Source: Auanema rhodensis (lineage: Eukaryota > Animalia > Nematoda). Taken from it: a DNA stretch of 64,000 nt. Position 1 is the stretch's first letter. Each line of letters opens with the position of its first letter. The translations under genes and the position numbers were made by a program. The notes beneath the pieces were generated by a model, which saw nothing but the letters and a program-made list of their open reading frames with translations, ran no database searches and was not told the DNA's origin. The DNA is taken from the NCBI GenBank assembly GCA_964057225.1, contig OZ059895.1, forward strand, positions 558,001-622,000. Direction: 5' to 3'. Shown here piece after piece: positions 11,233 to 27,200 of this stretch.

Positions 11233-13338
11233 GATAACACAGATCGACGCAGCTTAAAAATCCGCATCGAATGCACTATACTACATTGAGAAACGCTTAA
11301 TACAAAAATTAGTTTTGATCGTTTGAAAAATGATGCATTAGTGTATGTTGAGTTTCCATGTACACTCAACATTGCTTCCAAAAACATTTTGACAAAAATT
11401 TTTTCGAAAAATTTCAAGATAATTTAGCAAAAAGTAGATGTTTTTAGATTCCATTTTTCAAAGCAGAGACGATGGACAATGTTATTCAACGAAAAAATTA
11501 ATTCTTCAGGGTGAAAATCGAGGATATAAGTGTGAACTTATATCAGTTGATATCTCGGTGCATTTTTAAGTTAGCGCAAATCTAATAACACAGATCGACG
11601 CAGCTTAAAAATCCGCATCGAATGCACTATACTACATTGAGAAACGCTTAATACAAAAATTAGTTATGATCGTTTGAAAAATGATGCATTACTGTATGTT
11701 GAGTTTCCATGTACACTCAACATTGCTTCCAAAAACATTTTGACAACAATTTTTTCGAAACATTTCAAAATAATTTAGCAGAAAGTAGATGTTTTTAGAT
11801 TTCTTTTTTCAAGGCAAAGACGATGGACAATGTTATTCAACGAAAAAATTAATTCTTCAGGGTGAAAATCGAGGATATAAGTGTGAACTTATATCAGTTG
11901 ATATCTCGGTGCATTTTTAAGCTAGCGCAAATCTGATAACACAGATCGACGCAGCTTAAAAATCCGCATCGAGTGCACTATACTACATTGAGAAACGCTT
12001 AATACAAAAATTAGTTATGATCGTTTGAAAAATGATGCATTAGTGTATGTTGAGTTTCCATGTACACTCAACATTGCTTCCAAAAACATTTTGACAAAAA
12101 TTTTTTCGAAAAATTTCAAGATAATGTAGCAAAAAGTAGATGTTTTTAGATTCCATTTTTCAAAGCAAAGACGATGGACAATGTTATTCAACGAAAAAAT
12201 TGATTCTTCAGGGTGAAAATCGAGGATATAAGTGTGAACTTATATCAGTTGATATCACGGTGCATTTTTAAGTTAGCGCAAATCTGATAACACAGATCGA
12301 CGCAGCTTACAAATCCGCATCGAATGCACTATACTACATTGAGAAACGCTAAATACAAAAATTAGTTATGATCGTTTGAAAAATGATGCATTAGTGTATG
12401 TTGAGTTTCCATGTACACTCAACATTGCTTCCAAAAACATTTTGACAAAAATTTTTTCGAAAAATTTCAAAATAATTTAGCAAAAAGTAGATGTTTTTAG
12501 ATTCCATTTTTCAAAGCAAAGACGATGGACAATGTTATTCAACGAAAAAATTAATTCTTCAGGGTGAAAATCGAGGATATAAGTGTGAACTTATATCAGT
12601 TGATATCTCGGTGCATTTTTAAGCTAGCGCAAATCTGATAACACAAATCGACGCAGCTTAAAAATCCGCATCGAATGCACTATACTACATTGAGAAACGC
12701 TCAATACAAAAATTAGTTATGATCGTTTGAAAAATGATGCATTACTGTATGTTGAGTTTCCATGTACACTCAACATTGCTTCCAAAAACATTTTGACAAC
12801 AATTTTTTCGAAACATTTCAAAATAATTTAGCAGAAAGTAGATGTTTTTAGATTTCTTTTTTCAAGGCAAAGACGATGGACAATGTTATTCAACGAAAAA
12901 ATTAATTCTTCAGGGTGAAAATCGAGGATATAAGTGTGAACTTATATCAGTTGATATCTCGGTGCATTTTTAAGCTAGCGCAAATCTGATAACACAGATC
13001 GACGCAGCTTAAAAATCCGCATCGAGTGCACTATACTACATTGAGAAACGCTTAATACAAAAATTAGTTTTGATCGTTTGAAAAATGATGCATTAGTGTA
13101 TGTTGAGTTTCCATGTACACTCAACATTGCTTCCAAAAACATTTTGACAAAAATTTTTTCGAAAAATTTCAAAATAATTTAGCAAAAAGTAGATGTTTTT
13201 AGATTCCATTTTTCAAAGCAAAGACGATGGACAATGTTATTCAACGAAAAAATTAATTCTTCAGGGTGAAAATCGAGGATATAAGTGTGAACTTATATCA
13301 GTTGATATCTCGGTGCATTTTTAAGTTAGCGCAAATCT

Positions 13339-16300
13339 GATAACACAGATCGACGCAGCTTAAAAATCCGCATCGAATGCACTATACTACATTGAGAAAC
13401 GCTTAATACAAAAATTAGTTATGATCGTTTGAAAAATGATGCATTAGTGTATGTTGAGTTTCCATGTACACTCAACATTGCTTCCAAAAACATTTTGACA
13501 AAAATTTTTTCGAAAAATTTCAAGATAATGTAGCAAAAAGTAGATGTTTTTAGATTCCTTTTTTCAAGGCGAAGACGATGGACAAAGTTATTCAACGAAA
13601 AAATTGATTCTTCAGGGTGAAAATCGAGGATATAAGTGTGAACTTATATCAGTTGATATCTCGGTGCATTTTTAAGTTAGCGCAAATCTGATAACACAGA
13701 TCGACGCAGCTTACAAATCCGCATCGAATGCACTATACTACATTGAGAAACGCTAAATACTAAAATTAGTTATGATCGTTTGAAAAATGATGCATTAGTG
13801 TATGTTGAGTTTCCATGTACACTCAACATTGCTTCCAAAAACATTTTGACAAAAATTTTTTCGAAAAATTTCAAAATAATTTAGCAAAAAGTAGATGTTT
13901 TTAGATTCCATTTTTCAAAGCAAAGACGATGGACAATGTTATTCAACGAAAAAATTAATTCTTCAGGGTGAAAATCGAGGATATAAGTGTGAACTTATAT
14001 CAGTTGATATCTCGGTGCATTTTTAAGCTAGCGCAAATCTGATAACACAAATCGACGCAGCTTAAAAATCCGCATCGAATGCACTATACTACATTGAGAA
14101 ACGCTTAATACAAAAATTAGTTATGATCGTTTGAAAAATGATGCATTAGTGTATGTTGAGTTTCCATGTACACTCAACATTGCTTCCAAAAACATTTTGA
14201 CAAAAATTTTTTCGAAAAATTTCAAAATGATTTAGCAAAAAGTAGATGTTTTTAGATTTCATTTTTCAAGGCAAAGACGATAGACAATGTTATTCAACGA
14301 AAAAATTAATTCTTCAGGGTGAAAATCGAGGATATAAGTGTGAACTTATATCAGTTGATATCTCGGTGCATTTTTAAGCTAGCGCAAATCTGATAACACA
14401 GATCGACGCAGCTTAAAAATCCGCATCGAATGCACTATACTACATTGAGAAACGCTTAATACAAAAATTAGTTATGATCGTTTGAAAAATGATGCATTAG
14501 TGTATGTTGAGTTTCCATGTACACTCAACATTGCTTCCAAAAACATTTTGACAAAAAGTTTTTCGAAAAATTTCAAAATAATTTAGCAAAAAGTAGATGT
14601 TTTTAGATTTCTTTTTTCAAGGCAAAGACGATGGACAATGTTATTCAACGAAAAAATTAATTCTTCAGGGTGAAAATCGAGGATATAAGTGTGAACTTAT
14701 ATCAGTTGATATCTCGGTGCATTTTTAAGTTAGCGCAAATCTGATAACACAGGACGACGCAGCTTACAAATCCGCATCGAATGCACTATACTACATCGAG
14801 AAACGCTAAATACAAAAATTAGTTATGATCGTTTGAAAAATGATGCATTAGTGTATGTTGAGTTTCCATGTACACTCAACATTGCTTCCAAAAACATTTT
14901 GACAAAAATTTTTTCGAAAAATTTCAAGATAATGTAGCAAAAAGTAGATGTTTTTAGATTCCTTTTTTCAAGGCGAAGACGATGGACAAAGTTATTCAAC
15001 GAAAAAATTGATTCTTCAGGGTGAAAATCGAGGATATAAGTGTGAACTTATATCAGTTGATATCTCGGTGCATTTTTAAGTTAGCGCAAATCTGATAACA
15101 CAGATCGACGCAGCTTACAAATCCGCATCGAATGCACTATACTACATTGAGAAACGCTAAATACAAAAATTAGTTATGATCGTTTGAAAAATGATGCATT
15201 AGTGTATGTTGAGTTTCCATGTACACTCAACATTGCTTCCAAAAACATTTTGACAAAAATTTTTTCGAAAAATTTCAAAATAATTTAGCAAAAAGTAGAT
15301 GTTTTTAGATTCCATTTTTCAAAGCAAAGACGATGGACAATGTTATTCAACGAAAAAATTAATTCTTCAGGGTGAAAATCGAGGATATAAGTGTGAACTT
15401 ATATCAGTTGATATCTCGGTGCATTTTTAAGCTAGCGCAAATCTGATAACACAAATCGACGCAGCTTAAAAATCCGCATCGAATGCACTATACTACATTG
15501 AGAAACGCTTAATACAAAAATTTGTTATGATCGTTTGAAAAATGATGCATTAGTGTATGTTGAGTTTCCATGTACACTCAACATTGCTTCCAAAAACATT
15601 TTGACAAAAATTTTTTCGAAAAATTTCAAAATAATTTAGCAAAAAGTAGATGTTTTTAGATTTCATTTTTCAAGGCAAAGACGATAGACAATGTTATTCA
15701 ACGAAAAAATTAATTCTTCAGGGTGAAAATCGAGGATATAAGTGTGAACTTATATCAGTTGATATCTCGGTGCATTTTTAAGCTAGCGCAAATCTGATAA
15801 CACAGATCGACGCAGCTTAAAAATCCGCATCGAATGCACTATACTACATTGAGAAACGCTTAATACAAAAATTAGTTATGATCGTTTGAAAAATGATGCA
15901 TTAGTGTATGTTGAGTTTCCATGTACACTCAACATTGCTTCCAAAAACATTTTGACAAAAAGTTTTTCGAAAAATTTCAAAATAATTTAGCAAAAAGTAG
16001 ATGTTTTTAGATTTCTTTTTCCAAGGCAAAGACGATGGACAATGTTATTCAACGAAAAAATTAATTCTCCAGGGTGAAAATCGAGGATATAAGTGTGAAC
16101 TTATATCAGTTGATATCTCGGTGCATTTTTAAGTTAGCGCAAATCTGATAACACAGGACGACGCAGCTTACAAATCCGCATCGAATGCACTATACTACAT
16201 CGAGAAACGCTAAATACAAAAATTAGTTATGATCGTTTGAAAAATGATGCATTAGTGTATGTTGAGTTTCCATGTACACTCAACATTGCTTCCAAAAACA

Positions 16301-18603
16301 TTTTGACAAAAATTTTTTCAAAAAATTTCAAAATAATTTCGCAAAAAGTAGATGTTTTTAGATTCCTTTTTTCAAGGCGAAGACGATGGACAAAGTTATT
16401 CAACGAAAAAATTGATTCTTCAGGGTGAAAATCGAGGATATAAGTGTGAACTTATATCAGTTGATATCTCGGTGCATTTTTAAGTTAGCGCAAATCTGAT
16501 AACACAGATCGACGCAGCTTACAAATCCGCATCGAATGCACTATACTACATTGAGAAACGCTAAATACAAAAATTAGTTATGATCGTTTGAAAAATGATG
16601 CATTAGTGTATGTTGAGTTTCCATGTACACTCAACATTGCTTCCAAAAACATTTTGACAAAAATTTTTTCGAAAAATTTCAAAATAATTTAGCAAAAAGT
16701 AGATGTTTTTAGATTCCATTTTTCAAAGCAAAGACGATGGACAATGTTATTCAACGAAAAAATTAATTCTTCAGGGTGAAAATCGAGGATATAAGTGTGA
16801 ACTTATATCAGTTGATATCTCGGTGCATTTTTAAGCTAGCGCAAATCTGATAACACAAATCGACGCAGCTTAAAAATCCGCATCGAATGCACTATACTAC
16901 ATTGAGAAACGCTTAATACAAAAATTAGTTATGATCGTTTGAAAAATGATGCATTAGTGTATGTTGAGTTTCCATGTACACTCAACATTGCTTCCAAAAA
17001 CATTTTGACAAAAATTTTTTCGAAAAATTTCAAAATAATTTAGCAAAAAGTAGATGTTTTTAGATTCCATTTTTCAAAGCAAAGACGATAGACAATGTTA
17101 TTCAACGAAAAAATTAATTCTTCAGGGTGAAAATCGAGGATATAAGTGTGAACTTATATCAGTTGATATCTCGGTGCATTTTTAAGCTAGCGCAAATCTG
17201 ATAACACAGATCGACGCAGCTTAAAAATCCGCATCGAATGCACTATACTACATTGAGAAACGCTTAATACAAAAATTAGTTATGATCGTTTGAAAAATGA
17301 TGCATTAGTGTATGTTGAGTTTCCATGTACACTCAACATTGCTTCCAAAAACATTTTGACAAAAAGTTTTTCGAAAAATTTCAAAATAATTTAGCAAAAA
17401 GTAGATGTTTTTAGATTTCTTTTTCCAAGGCAAAGACGATGGACAATGTTATTCAACGAAAAAATTAATTCTTCAGGGTGAAAATCGAGGATATAAGTGT
17501 GAACTTATATCAGTTGATATCTCGGTGCATTTTTAAGTTAGCGCAAATCTGATAACACAGGACGACGCAGCTTACAAATCCGCATCGAATGCACTATACT
17601 ACATCGAGAAACGCTAAATACAAAAATTAGTTATGATCGTTTGAAAAATGATGCATTAGTGTATGTTGAGTTTCCATGTACACTCAACATTGCTTCCAAA
17701 AACATTTTGACAAAAATTTTTTCAAAAAATTTCAAAATAATTTCGCAAAAAGTAGATGTTTTTAGATTCCTTTTTTCAAGGCGAAGACGATGGACAAAGT
17801 TATTCAACGAAAAAATTGATTCTTCAGGGTGAAAATCGAGGATATAAGTGTGAACTTATATCAGTTGATATCTCGGTGCATTTTTAAGTTAGCGCAAATC
17901 TGATAACACAGATCGACGCAGCTTACAAATCCGCATCGAATGCACTATACTACATTGAGAAACGCTAAATACAAAAATTAGTTATGATCGTTTGAAAAAT
18001 GATGCATTAGTGTATGTTGAGTTTCCATGTACACTCAACATTGCTTCCAAAAACATTTTGACAAAAATTTTTTCGAAAAATTTCAAAATAATTTAGCAAA
18101 AAGTAGATGTTTTTAGATTCCATTTTTCAAAGCAAAGACGATGGACAATGTTATTCAACGAAAAAATTAATTCTTCAGGGTGAAAATCGAGGATATAAGT
18201 GTGAACTTATATCAGTTGATATCTCGGTGCATTTTTAAGCTAGCGCAAATCTGATAACACAAATCGACGCAGCTTAAAAATCCGCATCGAATGCACTATA
18301 CTACATTGAGAAACGCTTAATACAAAAATTAGTTATGATCGTTTGAAAAATGATGCATTAGTGTATGTTGAGTTTCCATGTACACTCAACATTGCTTCCA
18401 AAAACATTTTGACAAAAATTTTTTCGAAAAATTTCAAAATAATTTAGCAAAAAGTAGATGTTTTTAGATTCCATTTTTCAAAGCAAAGACGATGGACAAT
18501 GTTATTCAACGAAAAAATTAATTCTTCAGGGTGAAAATCGAGGATATAAGTGTGAACTTATATCAGTTGATATCTCGGTGCATTTTTAAGCTAGCGCAAA
18601 TCT
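13339..18603. repeat. 4-mer higher-order repeat (1404 bp), ~3.7 copies
   Basis: Private double substitution CAGGACG (consensus CAGATCG) at 14753, 16157 and 17561. Plus-strand ORFs at 16237 and 17641 share the same spacing. Confidence 0.88.
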
Positions 18604-21600
18604 GATAACACAAATCGACGCAGCTTAAAAATCCGCATCGAATGCACTATACTACATTGAGAAACGCTTAATACAAAAATTAGTTATGATCGTTTGAAAA
18701 ATGATGCATTAGTGTATGTTGAGTTTCCATGTACACTCAACATTGCTTCCAAAAACATTTTGACAAAAATTTTTTCGAAAAATTTCAAAATAATTTAGCA
18801 AAAAGTAGATGTTTTTAGATTTCATTTTTCAAGGCAAAGACGATAGACAATGTTATTCAACGAAAAAATTAATTCTTCAGGGTGAAAATCGAGGATATAA
18901 GTGTGAACTTATATCAGTTGATATCTCGGTGCATTTTTAAGCTAGCGCAAATCTGATAACACAGATCGACGCAGCTTAAAAATCCGCATCGAATGCACTA
19001 TACTACATTGAGAAACGCTTAATACAAAAATTAGTTATGATCGTTTGAAAAATGATGCATTAGTGTATGTTGAGTTTCCATGTACACTCAACATTGCTTC
19101 CAAAAACATTTTGACAAAAAGTTTTTCGAAAAATTTCAAAATAATTTAGCAAAAAGTAGATGTTTTTAGATTTCTTTTTTCAAGGCAAAGACGATGGACA
19201 ATGTTATTCAACGAAAAAATTAATTCTTCAGGGTGAAAATCGAGGATATAAGTGTGAACTTATATCAGTTGATATCTCGGTGCATTTTTAAGCTAGCGCA
19301 AATCTGATAACACAGATCGACGCAGCTTAAAAATCCGCATCGAATGCACTATACTACATTGAGAAACGCTTAATACAAAAATTAGTTTTGATCGTTTGAA
19401 AAATGATGCATTAGTGTATGTTGAGTTTCCATGTACACTCAACATTGCTTCCAAAAACATTTTGACAAAAATTTTTTCGAAAAATTTCAAGATAATTTAG
19501 CAAAAAGTAGATGTTTTTAGATTTCATTTTTCAAAGCAGAGACGATGGACAATGTTATTCAACGAAAAAATTAATTCTTCAGGGTGAAAATCGAGGATAT
19601 AAGTGTGAACTTGTATCAGTTGATATCTCGGTGCATTTTTAAGTTAGCGCAAATCTAATAACACAGATCGACGCAGCTTAAAAATCCGCATCGAATGCAC
19701 TATACTACATTGAGAAACGCTTAATACAAAAATTAGTTATGATCGTTTGAAAAATGATGCATTACTGTATGTTGAGTTTCCATGTACACTCAACATTGCT
19801 TCCAAAAACATTTTGACAACAATTTTTTCGAAACATTTCAAAATAATTTAGCAAAAAGTAGATGTTTTTAGATTTCTTTTTTCAAGGCAAAGACGATGGA
19901 CAATGTTATTCAACGAAAAAATTAATTCTTCAGGGTGAAAATCGAGGATATAAGTGTGAACTTATATCAGTTGATATCTCGGTGCATTTTTAAGCTAGCG
20001 CAAATCTGATAACACAGATCGACGCAGCTTAAAAATCCGCATCGAGTGCACTATACTACATTGAGAAACGCTTAATACAAAAATTAGTTTTGATCGTTTG
20101 AAAAATGATGCATTAGTGTATGTTGAGTTTCCATGTACACTCAACATTGCTTCCAAAAACATTTTGACAAAAATTTTTTCGAAAAATTTCAAAATAATTT
20201 AGCAAAAAGTAGATGTTTTTAGATTCCATTTTTCAAAGCAAAGACGATGGACAATGTTATTCAACGAAAAAATTAATTCTTCAGGGTGAAAATCGAGGAT
20301 ATAAGTGTGAACTTATATCAGTTGATATCTCGGTGCATTTTTAAGCTAGCGCAAATCTGATAACACAGATCGACGCAGCTTAAAAATCCGCATCGAATGC
20401 ACTATACTACATTGAGAAACGCTCAATACAAAAATTAGTTATGATCGTTTGAAAAATGATGCATTAGTGTATGTTGAGTTTCCATGTACACTCAACATTG
20501 CTTCCAAAAACATTTTGACAAAAATTTTTTCGAAAAATTTCAAGATAATGTAGCAAAAAGTAGATGTTTTTAGATTCCTTTTTTCAAGGCGAAGACGATG
20601 GACAAAGTTATTCAACGAAAAAATTGATTCTTCAGGGTGAAAATCGAGGATATAAGTGTGAACTTATATCAGTTGATATCTCGGTGCATTTTTAAGTTAG
20701 CGCAAATCTGATAACACAGATCGACGCAGCTTACAAATCCGCATCGAATGCACTATACTACATTGAGAAACGCTAAATACAAAAATTAGTTATGATCGTT
20801 TGAAAAATGATGCATTAGTGTATGTTGAGTTTCCATGTACACTCAACATTGCTTCCAAAAACATTTTGACAAAACTTTTTTCGAAAAATTTCAAAATAAT
20901 TTAGCAAAAAGTAGATGTTTTTAGATTCCATTTTTCAAAGCAAAGACGATGGACAATGTTATTCAACGAAAAAATTAATTCTTCAGGGTGAAAATCGAGG
21001 ATATAAGTGTGAACTTATATCAGTTGATATCTCGGTGCATTTTTAAGCTAGCGCAAATCTGATAACACAAATCGACGCAGCTTAAAAATCCGCATCGAAT
21101 GCACTATACTACATTGAGAAACGCTTAATACAAAAATTAGTTATGATCGTTTGAAAAATGATGCATTAGTGTATGTTGAGTTTCCATGTACACTCAACAT
21201 TGCTTCCAAAAACATTTTGACAAAAATTTTTTCGAAAAATTTCAAAATAATTTAGCAAAAAGTAGATGTTTTTAGATTTCATTTTTCAAGGCAAAGACGA
21301 TAGACAATGTTATTCAACGAAAAAATTAATTCTTCAGGGTGAAAATCGAGGATATAAGTGTGAACTTATATCAGTTGATATCTCGGTGCATTTTTAAGCT
21401 AGCGCAAATCTGATAACACAGATCGACGCAGCTTAAAAATCCGCATCGAATGCACTATACTACATTGAGAAACGCTTAATACAAAAATTAGTTATGATCG
21501 TTTGAAAAATGATGCATTAGTGTATGTTGAGTTTCCATGTACACTCAACATTGCTTCCAAAAACATTTTGACAAAAAGTTTTTCGAAAAATTTCAAAATA

Positions 21601-24219
21601 ATTTAGCAAAAAGTAGATGTTTTTAGATTTCTTTTTTCAAGGCAAAGACGATGGACAATGTTATTCAACGAAAAAATTAATTCTTCAGGGTGAAAATCGA
21701 GGATATAAGTGTGAACTTATATCAGTTGATATCTCGGTGCATTTTTAAGCTAGCGCAAATCTGATAACACAGATCGACGCAGCTTAAAAATCCGCATCGA
21801 GTGCACTATACTACATTGAGAAACGCTTAATACAAAAATTAGTTTTGATCGTTTGAAAAATGATGCATTAGTGTATGTTGAGTTTCCATGTACACTCAAC
21901 ATTGCTTCCAAAAACATTTTGACAAAAATTTTTTCGAAAAATTTCAAGATAATTTAGCAAAAAGTAGATGTTTTTAGATTTCATTTTTCAAAGCAGAGAC
22001 GATGGACAATGTTATTCAACGAAAAAATTAATTCTTCAGGGTGAAAATCGAGGATATAAGTGTGAACTTATATCAGTTGATATCTCGGTGCATTTTTAAG
22101 TTAGCGCAAATCTAATAACACAGATCGACGCAGCTTAAAAATCCGCATCGAATGCACTATACTACATTGAGAAACGCTTAATACAAAAATTAGTTATGAT
22201 CGTTTGAAAAATGATGCATTACTGTATGTTGAGTTTCCATGTACACTCAACATTGCTTCCAAAAACATTTTGACAACAATTTTTTCGAAACATTTCAAAA
22301 TAATTTAGCAAAAAGTAGATGTTTTTAGATTTCTTTTTTCAAGGCAAAGACGATGGACAATGTTATTCAACGAAAAAATTAATTCTTCAGGGTGAAAATC
22401 GAGGATATAAGTGTGAACTTATATCAGTTGATATCTCGGTGCATTTTTAAGCTAGCGCAAATCTGATAACACAGATCGACGCAGCTTAAAAATCCGCATC
22501 GAGTGCACTATACTACATTGAAAAACGCTTAATACAAAAATTAGTTTTGATCGTTTGAAAAATGATGCATTAGTGTATGTTGAGTTTCCATGTACACTCA
22601 ACATTGCTTCCAAAAACATTTTGACAAAAATTTTTTCGAAAAATTTCAAAATAATTTAGCAAAAAGTAGATGTTTTTAGATTCCATTTTTCAAAGCAAAG
22701 ACGATGGACAATGTTATTCAACGAAAAAATTAATTCTTCAGGGTGAAAATCGAGGATATAAGTGTGAACTTATATCAGTTGATATCTCGGTGCATTTTTA
22801 AGCTAGCGCAAATCTGATAACACAGATCGACGCAGCTTAAAAATCCGCATCGAATGCACTATACTACATTGAGAAACGCTCAATACAAAAATTAGTTATG
22901 ATCGTTTGAAAAATGATGCATTAGTGTATGTTGAGTTTCCATGTACACTCAACATTGCTTCCAAAAACATTTTGACAAAAATTTTTTCGAAAAATTTCAA
23001 GATAATGTAGCAAAAAGTAGATGTTTTTAGATTCCTTTTTTCAAGGCGAAGACGATGGACAAAGTTATTCAACGAAAAAATTGATTCTTCAGGGTGAAAA
23101 TCGAGGATATAAGTGTGAACTTATATCAGTTGATATCTCGGTGCATTTTTAAGTTAGCGCAAATCTGATAACACAGATCGACGCAGCTTACAAATCCGCA
23201 TCGAATGCACTATACTACATTGAGAAACGCTAAATACAAAAATTAGTTATGATCGTTTGAACAATGATGCATTAGTGTATGTTGAGTTTCCATGTACACT
23301 CAACATTGCTTCCAAAAACATTTTGACAAAACTTTTTTCGAAAAATTTCAAAATAATTTAGCAAAAAGTAGATGTTTTTAGATTCCATTTTTCAAAGCAA
23401 AGACGATGGACAATGTTATTCAACGAAAAAATTAATTCTTCAGGGTGAAAATCGAGGATATAAGTGTGAACTTATATCAGTTGATATCTCGGTGCATTTT
23501 TAAGCTAGCGCAAATCTGATAACACAAATCGACGCAGCTTAAAAATCCGCATCGAATGCACTATACTACATTGAGAAACGCTTAATACAAAAATTAGTTA
23601 TGATCGTTTGAAAAATGATGCATTAGTGTATGTTGAGTTTCCATGTACACTCAACATTGCTTCCAAAAACATTTTGACAAAAATTTTTTCGAAAAATTTC
23701 AAAATAATTTAGCAAAAAGTAGATGTTTTTAGATTTCATTTTTCAAGGCAAAGACGATAGACAATGTTATTCAACGAAAAAATTAATTCTTCAGGGTGAA
23801 AATCGAGGATATAAGTGTGAACTTATATCAGTTGATATCTCGGTGCATTTTTAAGCTAGCGCAAATCTGATAACACAGATCGACGCAGCTTAAAAATCCG
23901 CATCGAATGCACTATACTACATTGAGAAACGCTTAATACAAAAATTAGTTATGATCGTTTGAAAAATGATGCATTAGTGTATGTTGAGTTTCCATGTACA
24001 CTCAACATTGCTTCCAAAAACATTTTGACAAAAAGTTTTTCGAAAAATTTCAAAATAATTTAGCAAAAAGTAGATGTTTTTAGATTTCTTTTTTCAAGGC
24101 AAAGACGATGGACAATGTTATTCAACGAAAAAATTAATTCTTCAGGGTGAAAATCGAGGATATAAGTGTGAACTTATATCAGTTGATATCTCGGTGCATT
24201 TTTAAGTTAGCGCAAATCT
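18604..24219. repeat. 7-mer higher-order repeat (2457 bp), ~2.3 copies
   Basis: Private AAAACTTTT at 20875 and 23332; ORF pairs 19293/21750 and 19995/22452; CTCAATAC monomers at 20359 and 22816. Confidence 0.88.
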
Positions 24220-27200
24220 GATAACACAGATCGACGCAGCTTACAAATCCGCATCGAATGCACTATACTACATCGAGAAACGCAAAATACAAAAATTAGT
24301 TATGATCGTTTGAAAAATGATGCATTAGTGTATGTTGAGTTTCCATGTACACTCAACATTGCTTCCAAAAACATTTTGACAAAAATTTTTTCGAAAAATT
24401 TCAAAATAATTTAGCAAAAAGTAGATGTTTTTAGATTCCATTTTTCAAAGCAAAGACGATGGACAATGTTATTCAACGAAAAAATTAATTCTTCAGGGTG
24501 AAAATCGAGGATATAAGTGTGAACTTATATCAGTTGATATCTCGGTGCATTTTTAAGCTAGCGCAAATCTGATAACACAAATCGACGCAGCTTAAAAATC
24601 CGCATCGAATGCACTATACTACATTGAGAAACGCTTAATACAAAAATTAGTTATGATCGTTTGAAAAATGATGCATTAGTGTATGTTGAGTTTCCATGTA
24701 CACTCAACATTGCTTCCAAAAACATTTTGACAAAAAGTTTTTCGAAAAATTTCAAAATAATTTAGCAAAAAGTAGATGTTTTTAGATTTCTTTTTTCAAG
24801 GCAAAGACGATGGACAATGTTATTCAACGAAAAAATTAATTCTTCAGGGTGAAAATCGAGGATATAAGTGTGAACTTATATCAGTTGATATCTCGGTGCA
24901 TTTTTAAGCTAGCGCAAATCTGATAACACAGATCGACGCAGCTTAAAAATCCGCATCGAATGCACTATACTACATTGAGAAACGCTTAATACAAAAATTA
25001 GTTATGATCGTTTGAAAAATGATGCATTAGTGTATGTTGAGTTTCCATGTACACTCAACATTGCTTCCAAAAACATTTTGACAAAAAGTTTTTCGAAAAA
25101 TTTCAAAATAATTTAGCAAAAAGTAGATGTTTTTAGATTTCTTTTTTCAAGGCAAAGACGATGGACAATGTTATTCAACGAAAAAATTAATTCTTCAGGG
25201 TGAAAATCGAGGATATAAGTGTGAACTTATATCAGTTGATATCTCGGTGCATTTTTAAGTTAGCGCAAATCTGATAACACAGATCGACGCAGCTTACAAA
25301 TCCGCATCGAATGCACTATACTACATCGAGAAACGCAAAATACAAAAATTAGTTATGATCGTTTGAAAAATGATGCATTAGTGTATGTTGAGTTTCCATG
25401 TACACTCAACATTGCTTCCAAAAACATTTTGACAAAAATTTTTTCGAAAAATTTCAAAATAATTTAGCAAAAAGTAGATGTTTTTAGATTCCATTTTTCA
25501 AAGCAAAGACGATGGACAATGTTATTCAACGAAAAAATTAATTCTTCAGGGTGAAAATCGAGGATATAAGTGTGAACTTATATCAGTTGATATCTCGGTG
25601 CATTTTTAAGCTAGCGCAAATCTGATAACACAAATCGACGCAGCTTAAAAATCCGCATCGAATGCACTATACTACATTGAGAAACGCTTAATACAAAAAT
25701 TAGTTATGATCGTTTGAAAAATGATGCATTAGTGTATGTTGAGTTTCCATGTACACTCAACATTGCTTCCAAAAACATTTTGACAAAAAGTTTTTCGAAA
25801 AATTTCAAAATAATTTAGCAAAAAGTAGATGTTTTTAGATTTCATTTTTCAAGGCAAAGACGATAGACAATGTTATTCAACGAAAAAATTAATTCTTCAG
25901 GGTGAAAATCGAGGATATAAGTGTGAACTTATATCAGTTGATATCTCGGTGCATTTTTAAGCTAGCGCAAATCTGATAACACAGATCGACGCAGCTTAAA
26001 AATCCGCATCGAATGCACTATACTACATTGAGAAACGCTTAATACAAAAATTAGTTATGATCGTTTGAAAAATGATGCATTAGTGTATGTTGAGTTTCCA
26101 TGTACACTCAACATTGCTTCCAAAAACATTTTGACAAAAAGTTTTTCGAAAAATTTCAAAATAATTTAGCAAAAAGTAGATGTTTTTAGATTTCTTTTTT
26201 CAAGGCAAAGACGATGGACAATGTTATTCAACGAAAAAATTAATTCTTCAGGGTGAAAATCGAGGATATAAGTGTGAACTTATATCAGTTGATATCTCGG
26301 TGCATTTTTAAGTTAGCGCAAATCTGATAACACAGATCGACGCAGCTTACAAATCCGCATCGAATGCACTATACTACATCGAGAAACGCAAAATACAAAA
26401 ATTAGTTATGATCGTTTGAAAAATGATGCATTAGTGTATGTTGAGTTTCCATGTACACTCAACATTGCTTCCAAAAACATTTTGACAAAAATTTTTTCGA
26501 AAAATTTCAAAATAATTTAGCAAAAAGTAGATGTTTTTAGATTCCATTTTTCAAAGCAAAGACGATGGACAATGTTATTCAACGAAAAAATTAATTCTTC
26601 AGGGTGAAAATCGAGGATATAAGTGTGAACTTATATCAGTTGATATCTCGGTGCATTTTTAAGCTAGCGCAAATCTGATAACACAAATCGACGCAGCTTA
26701 AAAATCCGCATCGAATGCACTATACTACATTGAGAAACGCTTAATACAAAAATTAGTTATGATCGTTTGAAAAATGATGCATTAGTGTATGTTGAGTTTC
26801 CATGTACACTCAACATTGCTTCCAAAAACATTTTGACAAAAAGTTTTTCGAAAAATTTCAAAATAATTTAGCAAAAAGTAGATGTTTTTAGATTTCTTTT
26901 TTCAAGGCAAAGACGATGGACAATGTTATTCAACGAAAAAATTAATTCTTCAGGGTAAAAATCGAGGATATAAGTGTGAACTTATATCAGTTGATATCTC
27001 GGTGCATTTTTAAGCTAGCGCAAATCTGATAACACAGATCGACGCAGCTTAAAAATCCGCATCGAATGCACTATACTACATTGAGAAACGCTTAATACAA
27101 AAATTAGTTATGATCGTTTGAAAAATGATGCATTAGTGTATGTTGAGTTTCCATGTACACTCAACATTGCTTCCAAAAACATTTTGACAAAAAGTTTTTC

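Noticed and set aside
16237-17832. Two 63-aa plus-strand ORFs (and the 61-aa minus-strand ORF at 30586-30771)
   Set aside because: They depend on private monomer SNPs (e.g. TTTAGC>TTTCGC removing a TAG) and show no coding signal.
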